Source: Squalus acanthias
Taxonomy: Eukaryota
Assembly (NCBI GenBank): GCA_030390025.1
Contig: CM059425.1
Span: forward strand, 172,362,001-172,426,000
Direction: 5' to 3'
DNA: 64,000 nt
The position numbers and the translations under genes were made by a program. This document shows, piece by piece, positions 25,134 through 38,049 of the stretch (its first letter is position 1; each line of letters begins with the position of its first letter). The notes beneath the pieces were generated by a model. That model was not told the DNA's origin and made no database searches. It saw only the letters and a program-made list of their open reading frames with translations.

Positions 25134-26818
25134 GTAGATTGTTCTGATGAGAGGGAGGAATTGAATGAAATCAGTATTTGTAGGGAAATGGTGTTAGGGA
25201 AATTGATGGGATTGAAGGCCGATAAATCCCCAGGGCCTGATAATCTACATCCTAGGGTACTTAAGGAAGTGGCCCTAGAAATAGTAGATGCATTGCTGGT
25301 CATCTTCCAAAATTCTATAGGCTCTGGAACAGTTCCCATGGATTGGAGGATAGCTAATGTAACCCCACTATTTAAAAAAGGTGGTGGAGAGAAAACGGGG
25401 AATTATGGACCGGTAAGCCTGACATCGGTAGTGGGGAAAATGCTAGAGTCCATTCTAAAAGATGTAATAGCAGAGCACTTGGAAAACAGTCACAGGATCG
25501 GACAAAGTCAACATGGATTTACAAAAGGTAAATCATGCTTGACTAATCTACTGGAATTTTTTGAGGATGTAACTGGTAGAATAGATAAGGGAGCACCAGT
25601 GGATGTGGTGTATTTGGACTTTCAGAAGGCTTTCGATAAGGTCCCGCATAAGAGATTAGCGTGTAAAGTTAAAGCACACAGGATTGGGGGTAAGGTATTG
25701 TCTTGGATAGAGAATTGGTTGGCAGACAGGAAGCAAAGAGTTGGAATAAACAGGTCTTTTTCCGAGTGGCAGGCAGTGACTAGTGGGGTACCGCTAGGAC
25801 CCCAGCTATTCACAATATATATAGATGATCTAGACGAGGGAACTAGATGTAATATCTCCAAGTTTGCAGACGACACAAAGCTGGGTGGGCGTGTGTGCTG
25901 TGAGGAGGATGCAGAGAAACTCCAGTATGATTTGCACAGGTTGGGTGATTGGGCAGATGCATGGCAAATGCAGTATAATGTGGATAAATGCGAGGTTATC
26001 CACTTTGGTGGCAAAAATAGGAAGACAGATTATTATCTGAACGGCAATAGATTGGGAAAAGGGGAAGTGCAACGAGACCTGGGTGTCCTTGTGCACCGAG
26101 ACCTGGGTGTCCTTGTGCACCAGTCGCTGAAGGTAAGCATGCAGGTGCAGCAGGCGGTTAAGAAGGCAAATGGTATGTAAGCCTTCATAGCGAGAGGATT
26201 CGAGTACAGGAGCAAGGATGTCTTGCTGCAGTTGTACAGGGCCTTGGTGAGACCACACCTTGAGTATTGTGTGCAGTTTTGGTCACCTTATCTGAGGAAG
26301 GATGTTCTTGCCATGGAGAGAGTGCAGCGAAGATTCACCAGACTGATACCTGGGATGGCAGGAATGACGTATGAGGAGAGATTGGGTCGATTAGGCTTAT
26401 ATTCGCTAGAGTTTCGAAGAATAAGAGGGGATCTAATTGAAACTTATAAAATTCTAACAGGACTAGACAGACTAGATGCAGGAAGGATGTTCCCAATGGC
26501 GGGGGAGTCCAGAACCAGGGGTCACAGTCTAAGGATAAGGGGTAAGCCATTTAGGACAGAGATGAGGAGGAATTTCTTCACCCAGAGAGTGGTGAACCTG
26601 TGGAATTCTCTACCACAGAAGGCAGTTGAGGCCAATTCATTAAATATATTCAAGAAGGAGTTAGATATATTTCTTAAGGCTAAAGGGATCAAGGGATATG
26701 GGGAGAAAGCAGGGACAGGGTACTGAATTTGGATGATCAGCCATGATCTCATTAAATGGCGGAGCAGGCTCGAGGGGCCGAATGGCCTACTCCTGCTCCT
26801 ATCTTCTATGTTTCTACT
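25134..26818 (+). mobile_element. CR1 LINE, 5'-truncated RT + 3' UTR
   Basis: ORFs 25125-26180 and 26223-26726. In-frame 24-bp tandem duplication (RDLGVLVH x2). Tail cttctatgtttcta. Confidence 0.95.
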
Positions 26819-27046
26819 AGTTTCTAGTACAGCATTTAGAGACATGTGTCCTACTGAATTCCCCAGAATCGTAAATATTACAAAGGTAGCTGTCTGTAAA
26901 TCACTCGTATTTTTTGGACACCCATCACTTGTACGTTGTACTCTTTAAAACTGCTAACTAAATACAGTCGCCGAGTGGGCATTTTTATGTGGAACTCTTC
27001 TCTGCTGTGACAACAGTAAGCTTTACTCCAGTGATAATGCTGAATG

Positions 27047-28256
27047 GTGATTGTGTAGATGTGGTGTACCTGGACTTCCAAAAGGCCTTCGATAAGGTCC
27101 CACATAAAAGATTAGCATGGAAAATTGAAGCTCATGGGATAAAGGGGAAAGTATTGACGTGGATAGAGAACTGGCTGTCAGATAGAAAACAGAGAGTTGG
27201 AATAAACGGCTCATTTTCTGAATGGCAGGCAGTAACAAGTGGGGTACCACAGGGATCTGTCCTGGGTCCCCAGCTGTTCACAATTTATATTAATGACCTG
27301 GATCAGGGAGTCGAATGCAGCATTTCCAAATTTGCAGACGACACTAAACTAGGAGGGGGGGTGGGCTCAGAGGAGGAGACCAGGAAGCTCCAGAGCGATT
27401 TGGACAGACTGGGTGATTGGGCGGATAAATGGCAGATGCACTATAATGTGGACAAGTGCGAAGTTATCCACCTTGGGTGCAGGAACGGGAGGGCAAATTA
27501 TTATTTAAATGGCAATAAATTGGGAGAGGGGGAAGTACAGAGAGACCTGGGTGTTCTTGTACACCAGTCACTGAAGGCGAGCATGCAGGTGCAACAGGCG
27601 GTCAAGAAGGCAAACGGTATGCTGGCCTTCATAGCAAAAGGGTTGGAATACAGGAACAGGGATACCTTGCTGCAGCTGTACAGGGCACTGGTGAGACCAC
27701 ACCTCGAGTACTGTGTACAGTTTTGGTCGCCTCATCTGAGGAAAGATGTTCTTGCCATGGAGGGGGTGCAGCGGCGATTCACCAGGCTGATACCAGGAAT
27801 GGCGGGATTGACCTATGAGGAGAGACTATGTAGTTTAGGGATGTACACACTGGAGTTTAGAAGATTGAGAGGGGACCTCATAGAAGTGTATAAAATTCTG
27901 ACAGGTCTAGACAGATTAGATGCAGAAGGAATGTTTCCCTTGGCGGGTGAGAACAGAACTAGAGGACATAATTTAAGGATAAGGGCTAAACCATTTAGGA
28001 CAGAAATGAGGGGGAATTTCTTCACTCAGAGAGTGGTGAACCTGTGGAACTCATTGCCACAGAGGGCAGTGTACGCCAGCTCATTAAATATATTTAAGAG
28101 GGAATTAGATATATTTCTACAGGCAAAAGGGGTTAAGGGTTACGGAGAGAAGGCGGGGACGGGATACTGAATTGAAGGATCAGCCATGATCTCATTAAAT
28201 GGCGGAGCAGGCTCGAAGGGCCGGATGGCCTACTCCTGCTCCTATCTTCTATGTGT
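27047..28256 (+). mobile_element. CR1 LINE, 5'-truncated, open RT C-terminal ORF to 28170
   Basis: [17 protein letters not shown] through KGYGEKAGTGY without interruption, then a CR1 3' UTR. Confidence 0.95.
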
Positions 28257-29119
28257 GTGGTATTCCCTAACCATGAAGCCACTGAAACAGAACTTTTTGG
28301 CGTCAGCTCTCAAGCTACCTCGACCAGCAAGCAACTTTAAACACACAAAACACAGGGAATCCGAAAGAGCTAATTAAGTGTACTCCTTTTATTTCTCATT
28401 TACAGATCATTAGGGAATTTATATTTGGATACACTTTACTCTACTTGTTCGATTCTTCTTCTAGTACCTTTTTCACAAAACCCTACTGGACATTGTATTC
28501 AACCCTGAACTATAAGATTTGGAGAATTTGGTGTGATGAACTAAATAGCAATCAAATATAGTATAGCCTATCCTAAGTATAAAATTAGATTCTCATAATA
28601 TAAAAATGAGAAGTCGCACAACACCAGGTTATAGTCCAACAGTTCTATTTAAAATTATTTAATATAAAGCATACGTGAGGTTCTTGCGCTCAATGTACAG
28701 AAATCATGTATATCCTTCAAAATAATTTTAGATGAATTGCTCTGAAATGCACTGGGGGAAGAGCATTGTTAAGAATGAGACTTTGTTGCATCCGGACAAA
28801 AGGGGATTCCATTTAAAGATTCGTGCACGTGGATTTGAGCGAGTAGAATTTTGTGTTACCGATGTGGATTTGTGCATTTAAAAAAAAACTTCTCGCCCCT
28901 TATGTCTGGAAGGAACTGATTCTTGGAGGAGCATAATGTCATGGGTGCCAGCAGCCATCTGGTACTTTGCCGAAGTCCATTTTTCATTTGTGAGCTTAGA
29001 CTGCAAGTGCTGTTTGAATGTGGAGGACACCTGAGCCAAATCCCACAAATACACACTTTCATGCGAGGATAATGATCAGGATTTTATTACCTGCTTTACT
29101 GTAGTACTTAATTGAAAAT

Positions 29120-29217
29120 TCTCAGCTGAGAATTAAACCTGGAACCTTCTGGTCTGTGTAGCTGAGTACCGCAATAGGTGGTGAAGCCTTTATCTGCTAA
29201 GCCATCAGGGGAGCTCT
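29120..29217 (-). mobile_element. Head fragment of a tRNA-derived SINE (related to 62615-62990)
   Basis: Minus strand gagctcccctgatggcttagc...cagaccagaaggttccaggttt has A/B-box-like motifs. Confidence 0.4.
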
Positions 29218-29930
29218 TGGTCTGTGTATCTTTTTCTCGTGTTTTGGCACATTCTGGTTGCAATGTTTTGTGTAATTATTCTGTCTGAATTGTCTCGAGT
29301 TGCATTGACTTAGAGTTCAAGGGTTTAGCCAGGATAAGAGCCAAGGTTTTTGACTCTAGTTTAGATTTGAAAATATTGCAGTAGGACCAGGAAATTATGC
29401 CAGATCTTGTGAAATTTCAGATGTGAGAGATTCAGAGTACATTTTTTATTTCAAATGTAACGATGGACTTCAGGTTGTTGAGCCATAGTTGTTTGTTTCA
29501 GAGATAAGATTTGCAGTTCAGCACAGTACATATGTGTGCAGCACCAAAACAAAAATCAGAATACTGACAATCAGAGGAAGATTCATTTGCAGCTGCATTT
29601 TTCAGTATTGTTTTCCGAAAGAGATATGCCTTTAGTTATACTGGAATACAATGAAGGCATGGTTTCTGTAGGATTTCCAGGGCTGCGCTAATTAATTATG
29701 CAAGTGAGATCCCATATTGGGCCTGGCCCTGGGGCTCGTCAAAGGGGGATGCAGGAAATTGCACACACCAGCAGACCTTAAAACCTTTAGATGGCTGCTG
29801 TGGAAATTAAAGATAAGTGATTACATATGGAAGAAAAATGTTGTTAGCCTTTACAAAGGCTGTAAATATTTAAAATGGGTATTTTAGCCCTTCCAAAATT
29901 GCTTTAGGCAAGAAAGTGGCTTGATACAAT

Positions 29931-30413
29931 GGGGGGGCATTTTAACCCAAAAAAACGGGTGGGTTTCACCCGACCCCAACCCGCCCACTTCCAGTTTTAA
30001 CGGAAACGGGACAGGGGGGCAGGCAGCCAACCCGCTCCCAGGAGGCGGGTCTCCAATTTCAATATTACAATGAGGCTTGCAAGCCTCATATTTAACCTCC
30101 ATTTTAAATTTAACTCTGGCTGGTTGGGCTTTGCAGGCCTCGTGAAACCCGCCAGTTAAAGTAAGATGAGGACTGCTGAATCCAGGAGGTAAGTGCGTAT
30201 ACACTTACCTCCTGGATCCTGCATCCTTGCCTAACCCACCCACCGTGATCGGACACCCCCGGCCTCCAATTTCCCCCTCTCTCAATCTGAATGGCTGTGG
30301 GTGAGAAACAGAGGTTTCTCATGCAAATCAGGCCCTGCCGTTAAATTCAGCAGGGCTTGCGGGAAACCCATTCTCCTGAGTTTCCCGACCGCTTCCCGAT
30401 TGAAATTCAGGCC
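29931..30413. mobile_element. Harbinger-type MITE with AAT flanks
   Basis: CpG-rich island bounded by aat|ggggggcattttaacc and tgaaattcaggcc|aat. TIRs are degenerate. Confidence 0.55.
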
Positions 30414-31334
30414 AATAAATGTGGGGGTAGTCTGTGGGCATGTGATAGACCAGTACAGCACCCAAACTCCCTATTTGATAGCTAATAAACTGGAGGTTCT
30501 GCTGCATGAGGTATGTGCTGGGAGAGTTGCCATGTTTGCCACTCAGGGCACCTTTACCAAAGGACTGCACTGCAATATTCCTGACAGGAATTGGCAGCAA
30601 CAAATTGTGATGGGGAAATACTCTTGACTTTTCACTGGCAGTGCTGTTGCTATGGTGTAAACGGCTTCAAGTGCTCTTGGAGCAGACAATATAGATTTGC
30701 AACTGGCTCTGTCTTGACCCTGGAGTCCACGGAGCCAGTTACTCACAATCATTGCCAGGTAGCTGTACTAGGGCTTGTAGATCTGGTTGATGGCATAATG
30801 ATGGGTGCAGGCAGACCAGCTTTGGCACCTGCTGATCTCCCTGACATGCCTTCTTTCATCTTGTGCCACTTCAACTACAAAATACGTCTATTGGGATATT
30901 TCAGAACCAACCTCCATCACTACATTGTATTTGGTTTACCAATTATCGGGGACACTTCACTTGGATGCCTGTAACTCCCTGAACTTGAAAGTGTATATTG
31001 TAATGGCTGCTTTTTCATTTCCCCTCTTTTTCTCACTTCTTCCGAATCTACTAAAGGCTTGTAACTACTTCAATTACAATCAGCATTCTGATGAAATAGC
31101 AGACAATAGTCAGCTAATTTAGATTCCACGTACTTTTAAGAGAAAGAAAATATTATTCAAAATTTTTGTTCTTGTATGATAAAGTACAGAGAAATAGCAA
31201 CAAAAATAAAAAACTAAAGCATATAATAAAAATGTACTGAAAAGCAAAGAAAAACTTCCACAAAACCTCCTGAACCCTTCCATTCCAAATGGGAGAAGTG
31301 AGATACCAACCCAATCCCAACCTAAGCAGATGGA

Positions 31335-31702
31335 AGATGGTGGTAAGTTTCATCTACATGCTGCCCTTAGGCAACATTATCCGCAGACATGGAGGATCAG
31401 CTTCCACATAATACTCGAATGACGCCCAGTTCCACCACCTCTCTCGACCCCTCCACTGCCTCTGTGTTGTCAGACTACTTGTCTGAAATCTTGTTTTAGT
31501 TGAACCGCAATTTCTTTCAACTGAGTATTAGAAAGATCAAAGTCATTGTCTTTGGACCTCCCAGTGTCCTATTGGACTCTGAGCTGAGCTTCTGACCCCA
31601 TATCATCTCCACCTACTTCCATTTCTGTAACATCACACACCTCTGCCCCTACCCGAACCTATCTGCCACTGAAACCCTCATCCATGCCTTTGTAACCTCT
31701 AG
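31335..31702 (+). mobile_element. L2 LINE fragment
   Basis: Homologous to the L2 RT region at 50941-51575 and 61060-61500. Confidence 0.6.
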
Positions 31703-32098
31703 TCGCTAAAGTAGCGGTGGTTGGGGGGGAGCAGTAGCTGGCAGCGGCCCATGTGCTTTCACTGTGGGGTTGGGAAGAGCACTCCTGCTCCTCCCGGCTC
31801 CACATTCAGGTATGTATATTTTAAAATCTTACCTTGTTGGTTGCGGCCTGCAGCATTCCCTTTAAGGACTGCCTTTTATGCCACAAGTAGGCTAGCTGCC
31901 TCAGGGAAAACTAATCTTGCAGAGGGGGCCTCAAACAGGCGTTAGGCTCCTTATTTTCATATGCAAAGGGCTAAAGCCTGTTTCAGACATGGGCATTGCA
32001 TGCCGATTGGCCTTTGTCAACATGGCGGACAGCGCACTTCTGGCTTGTAATGAGGGTGCACTTCCTGCTTGCCACATTGGAGCCCAAATTTCTAGGCC
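31703..32098. mobile_element. Harbinger-type MITE fragment
   Basis: Ends in caaatttctaggcc|aat. Close similarity to 49520-49820 (ctcccggctccac.ttcaggta.gta; gggggcctcaaacagg.gttagg). Confidence 0.6.
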
Positions 32099-33920
32099 AA
32101 TGTTGTTGTTGGGTTGAGCCTCCTCATGTCAGTTACATGTAATATGCCTGTTGGATCAGTGACAATTTTTCTTCCTATTACTCACTTGCAAATAACTATT
32201 CTAAATAGGCTTCATACAAAATGATTGACTGCATGGTTTTGGACAAAGCGATCTGGCAGCCGTGTGGAGCTGTGACAAGTTGCCCAGTGTCTCTGTGCTC
32301 AACAACATGGTAGTCAGCTGGAGTCATCAAGTATTTTTTTTAAGTTAGCCTCTTAGTCCCTTCCTCTCCTCCTAATCTGGAACCAGCATCAATTTCCTAC
32401 AATTTAAAGCATGGATCCAGTGAGAAGAGTGGGAAAACGAGGCTTTCATGATGAGGGCTAGGAATACAGGCATTTTTGCAAGGATTTTGTAGAATTTAAG
32501 TCAAATACAATTTCAGGAAATACATGGAATGGATAAAATGTTCAAGCATCCTTCAAAATACCCAAACAGGAGGAGATTGTTTGGGGAACACGACAGCTAT
32601 ACACCATCTCCAGATGACTTGCCCATTAATATGGTTTGAAGTTTGTGGACAGAATTGTGTTTCTTTATGGTATTTATTCAAATTCTGGGCATGCACCTTC
32701 CTATGCAAATTCACAAGTCTATTTTTAAGTCTGCTTTGTTTGAGTCTTTGATTAGCAACATTCAGAATGAACATGGCCGTCTCAATAGTATAACCAGGTT
32801 CACTTGTTTCCAAACTAAAAGCTGCAAGGGCAAGCTTTTGCCTGACTCAGAAGGTTAGTATGTAAGAGGGCAGTTAGAAGTTATTTTGTTTAAGCTAATT
32901 TAAGCAAGGTGACACAGTGATGTTCACTATTTTGTATTATTAACTGATTCAACTAAGTCATCCGATCATAACTGTTGCTCTGTATGTTCAATCGCTGTGA
33001 AATAAACTATTATATATAGTTAGATATTGACCAGTATGGGCATACCCCTAAACGTAAGATGCAGATACCGCTTACGAGAGTGACTTCTGTAACTGAAAAA
33101 ATGTTTAAGATAAGACCCAAACTTGTTGGTTGCAAAGTGCAATTTAAAAATTGTCTCAAAATGTCTACTGAGATTCTACAGTGGGGCAAAAAGGTACTGG
33201 CGAAAGTAAAGGAGCTCAGGAAATAGTAGAGCAGAGTGTTTGTCTCTTTTTACCTCCATGTTCACAACCCATGGGGAGGGTCAATGTCAGATAACCCACA
33301 CGTGACCAAGGACCGCTCAACACAATGCATGTGAGGATTTTTATCAATTACCGAGACAGGCTAACAAGTTGCTTATTATTTTCAATCTTTGGAGAAACAA
33401 CTGCAGTATCTAGCCCATCAGCATTTTAACCACTCTTCATACACTTTTGTGAATATACTTTGCTTTAAGACCCCAGTATTTAAATGTAACTTCCAAATGC
33501 TTTCTATGGGAAAATGGCCAAAACATTCTGAACTGTGATGACCTTTCTTCCCTAGTAGAATGCCAAAGTTACAGCAATACAACAACAATAACTTGCATTT
33601 ATATTGCACCTTTAACATAGTAAAATGTCCCAAGGCGCTTCACAGAAGCATATAAGGAGAAAATAGAACAAGTGAACAAAAGTTTGGTCAAAGAAGCAGG
33701 TTTTAAGGAGCATCTTAAAGGAGGAGAAAGAGGTAGAGAGGTTTAAGGAGGGACTTGCAGAGCTTAGGGCCTAGGCAGCTGAAGGCACAGCTGCCAATGG
33801 TGGAGCGATTAAAATTGGGGATGCGCTTGAGTCCAGAATTGGGGAATGGCAGAGATCTCAGAGGTTGTATGGCTGGAGAAGGTTACAAAGATAGGGAGGG
33901 GTGAGGCCATGGAGGGATTT

Positions 33921-36278
33921 AGAATCATAGAATGGTTACAGCACAGAAGGAGGCCATTCGGCCCATCGAGCCCGTGCCGGCTCTCTGCAAGAGCACTTCA
34001 GCTAGTCCCTTTCCCCGTAGCCCTGCAAATTTTTTTCCTTCAGGTACTTATCCAATTCCCTTTTGAAAGCCACAATTGAATCTGCCTCCACCACCATTTC
34101 AGGCAGTGCATTCCAGATCCTAACCACTCACTGCGTAAAAAGGTTATTCCTCATGTCACCTTTGGTTCTTCTGCCAATCGCCTTAAATCTGTGTCCTCTG
34201 GTTCTCGACCCTTCCGCCAATGGGAACAGTTTCTCTCTGTCTGGACTCCTCATGATTTTGAACACCTCTATCAAATCTCCTCTCAACCTTCTCTGTTCTA
34301 AGGAGAACAACCCCAACTTCTCCAGTCTATCCACGTAACTGAGGTCCCTCATTTCTGGAACCATTCTTGTAAATCTTTTCGGCACCCTCTCTAAGGCCTT
34401 CACATCCTTCCTAAAGTGCGGTGCCCAGAATTGGACACAATGGGGCGATTTTCCCAGCCCTGGGGAGGCGGGTATCGAGGCGGGACTGCCGGGGAAATGG
34501 CTGAATCTGGGAGCGGGTACCCATCCCGCCTCTGTGCCATCTTCCCAAGAGGCGGGTACCCAACCCGCACCGGGTCCCGTCTCCTCGAGGCGGGAAGGGG
34601 ATTAGTGCCAATTAACTGCCTGTTAACAGGTCATTAACAGGCAGTTTTTTGGCTAATCCCTATTTTGAGCCCTAAAGTGTGGGCTTCCCGACGGCTCTGA
34701 ACCTCGCCTGGGTCAGCGAGGCGAGCCGTGGGTCTGCAGGGGTCGGAGGGGCCGAAATGTCCGGTGTGCAGGTGAGTGATGAGTGCAAGTGTGGAGAGGT
34801 AAGTGTGTGAGGTGAGTCTCAAGTGTTTTAATAAGATTACTTACCTTTGCTTCTTCCTCCAGGCTTCATCCCGTTAGGCTGCGGAGCTGCCTCATCTCAC
34901 CGGCAGAGAAAGTAGAATGGCCGCTGCATTCTTAAATGCAGCAGCCTTCTGCTTTCTGCTCAGGAAAGCTTTCTAAGTGAGCCTGTGTCCAAGGTCTCAA
35001 CTTAGAAGACAGATTGTCAGTGTTTGACAGCTTCACAGAGCTGTCAAACGATGACAATTCATCTGTCAAAAAATCTTGACAGATGAAACGTCATTCGCTG
35101 ACGTCATCTGTCACCGGCTTTCCCTTAATTTGCCGGCTAAGACCGCAGGGCGGGCTTAACAAGGCCAATCAAGGGAAAATAGCGTGGGTTGGCCCGACGT
35201 CGATGAAGGCAAAAAGCAGCTTTGCCGCCTCCATCACGTCCCCATTGATAAAATCACCCCCATAACTCCAGTTGAGGCTGAACCAGTGTTTTATAAAGGT
35301 TCATCATAACTTCCTTGCTTTTGTACTCAATGCCTCTATTTATGAAGCCCAGGATCCCGTAGCTTTTTTAACCGCTTTCTCAACCTGCCCTGCCACCTTC
35401 AACGATTTGTACACATATACCCCCAGGTCTCTCTGTTCATGCACCCCCTTTAGATTTGTACCCTTTAGTTTTTATTGCCTCTCCTCGTTCTTCCTACCAA
35501 AATGTATCACTTCGCACTTTTTTGTGTTAAATTTTATCTGCCACATGTCTGCCCATTCCACCAGCCTGTCTATGTCTTCTTGAAGTCTATGATTATCCTC
35601 CTCACTGTTCACTATACTTCCAAGTTTTGCGTCATCTGCAAATTTTGAAATTGTGCCCTGTACACCCAAGTCCAAGTCATTAATATATATCAAGAAAAGC
35701 AGTGGTCCTAGTACCGACCCCTGGGAAACATCACTGTATACCATCCTCCAGTCCGAAAAACAACCGTTCACCATTATTCTCTGTTTCCTGTCACTTTTGT
35801 ATCCATGCTGCCACTGTCCCTTTTATTCCAGGGGCTTCAACTTTGCTGGCAAGCCTATTACATAGCACTTTATCAAACGCCTTTTGAAAGTCCATGTATA
35901 CCACATCAACCGCATTTCCCTCATCAACCCTCTCTGTTACCTCATCAAAAAACTCAAATCAAGTTAGTTAAACACGATTTACCTTTAACATATCCATGCT
36001 GCCTTTCCTTAATCAATCCTTACTTGTCCAAGTGACTGTTAATTTTGTCCCAGATTATTGTTTCGAAAAGCTTCCCCACTACCAAGGTTAAACTGACTGG
36101 CCTGTAGTTGCTGGGTTTATCCTGACACCTTTTTTTGAACAAGGGTGTAACATTTGCAATTCTCCAGTCCTCTGGCACCACCCCCGTATCCAAGGAGGAT
36201 TGGAAGATTATGGCCAGTACCTCCACAATTTCCATCTTTACTTCCCTCAGCATCCTAGGATGCATCCCATCCAGTTCT
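33921..36278 (-). mobile_element. CR1 LINE, 5'-truncated, disrupted, containing a MITE
   Basis: RT fragments 36020-36286, 35472-35774 and 34128-34403. Tail agaatcatagaat. Confidence 0.9.
34442..35260. mobile_element. Harbinger-type non-autonomous element (819 bp) inserted in CR1
   Basis: TIR ggggcgatttt / aaaatcacccc. Splits the CR1 LEYCVQF codons. 35090-35180 is homologous (inverted) to 44558-44650. Confidence 0.85.
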
Positions 36279-37322
36279 GAAAACAAGGATGAAAATTTTT
36301 TAATCGAGGCCTTGTCTGAACCGGAACCAATGGGTGAACTTGGTGCAAGTTAGGCTACGAGCAGCAGAGTTTTGTATGAGCTAAAGTTTACAGAGATTAG
36401 AGGATGGGAGGCTGGCCAGGAGAGAATTGGAATAGTCGATCCTAGATGTAATAAAGGCATGGAAGAAGGTTTCAGCAGCAGATGAACTGAGGCAGGGCTG
36501 GAGACAGGCAATGTTACGGAGGTGGAAGTAAGCGGTCTTGTGAGCAGGAGGTGAGTATTGCCACTGAATATTTCCCTTACCGATATGGGGAAGCTGAGAC
36601 CGTAACATCTTGATCTGGGAGGATCTCCTCTGATGTCCACATCAAGGGAACTTTTACCCAGAAAATAATATACACCCTTTGCTGTGATGGGGAATCTGAA
36701 GACCACAGATGTTGGTAATTACTGCAGAAGCAGCCAATAATTATTGTAGGGTCTGTCATGACAGAATTGTTGTGAGGATCTACTTTATTTTAGCAAGATT
36801 ATTAACAGCCGCACATTTTTTTTAAAGAAACTCTAAGTGGGCCCTGGAGCTAGAATATAATGAATTCAAACTAATTAAGGGTAGAAAAAATTATGAATGA
36901 ATGTGACCATTTAAAAAATTAGCATATTCAATTAAAATGTGACATTCTGAGATTAGTGTCATTAATGATAACATTCATGTAAAAATCACTTTAAAGGTCT
37001 TAGTCAAAGTACATATGAAAGTCCCAGGAGTTACAGCTAACTTCACACTTGAAGGTGCATTATTCTATTTTACAGTTATACTGAATGCAAAAGGAATTAC
37101 AGGCAGGTAACAGTTTAAATCAGACTATTATCTAATGGAGATACTAATTTCAGAACTTCACCTGACAAATATTTAGGTGCAAGGTTAGAAAGCAGTTGTG
37201 AAATAATCTGAATCAATATTCAAATAATGCTTAGCATTATACAATATAACACTTGAGAAATTGCAGCCTATGCAGTATAACAGCATTTGGGCAGTGGTGC
37301 AAGTGAGGGACCACAATTTCTT

Positions 37323-38049
37323 GGCCCGTAAATATGCGGTCAGTGGCGAAGCAAAGGCGTTCGCTGTTGGTCCCGAAATAAGCTTCCCACAAAGATCTCG
37401 CGATCTCTGTGGCGAAAAGTTCGGCTTTTCTGGTGTGCTGTTGAAATCAGCATAAGTTAATGGAGAATCCCTAACGCGAGCTGCTGTGACGTCAACAAGC
37501 TGTCTAAGCAGCCAGTCACAATGCAAGAATTCTCACAGATCAAGAACCAGGAAGTGAGTAAGCTACTTTGATTCTAACTTTTTTAAAATGTTACAGAAAG
37601 CAAAACAAAGATGGGGCTCTCACATGGGAAAAAGGTAAACCTGAAATAAAGATAAACTTTTTTTTTTAATGTTTTTAAAGTTTCTTAAACATTTTAATTT
37701 TTAATAAAATAGGTAAATTTAACACTCCACAAAATTAAAATTAGTTTTTCAGGGCGATAAAGTTTGTTGAGCAGTCAATACACTGTTAAAACCCCAGTTA
37801 CACCTGATCCAAAAGGGTCTAACTTTTAATGGGGTATTTAACAGCGATATTACCGCGGAAGAGACGAAGTTTTGTCAGTTTCCTTGATTTGACAGGGACA
37901 GATTATACTGATTGCCGACCCTGTGGTGGGGGGTGGCGGGGCACAGCGCAGTCAGTGTCGGAGCAGTGAATGACTGACCGCAACTTCAGGATTTCTGCGA
38001 TAGGATGCGCATGTTCATTTGCTGTTATTACCACCGCAAATCCCAGGCC
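37323..38049. mobile_element. Harbinger-type MITE
   Basis: Degenerate TIR ggcccgtaaatatgcggt / accgcaaatcccaggcc. Homologous to 8630-9346. Confidence 0.65.

Larger units (their letters stand above)
33579..36560 (-). mobile_element. L2 fragment (33579-33920 and ~36280-36560) split by a CR1
   Basis: The L2 sequence ggccatggagggattt|gaaaacaaggatg is interrupted exactly at the CR1. 3' end is ttgcatttatattgcacc. Confidence 0.8.
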
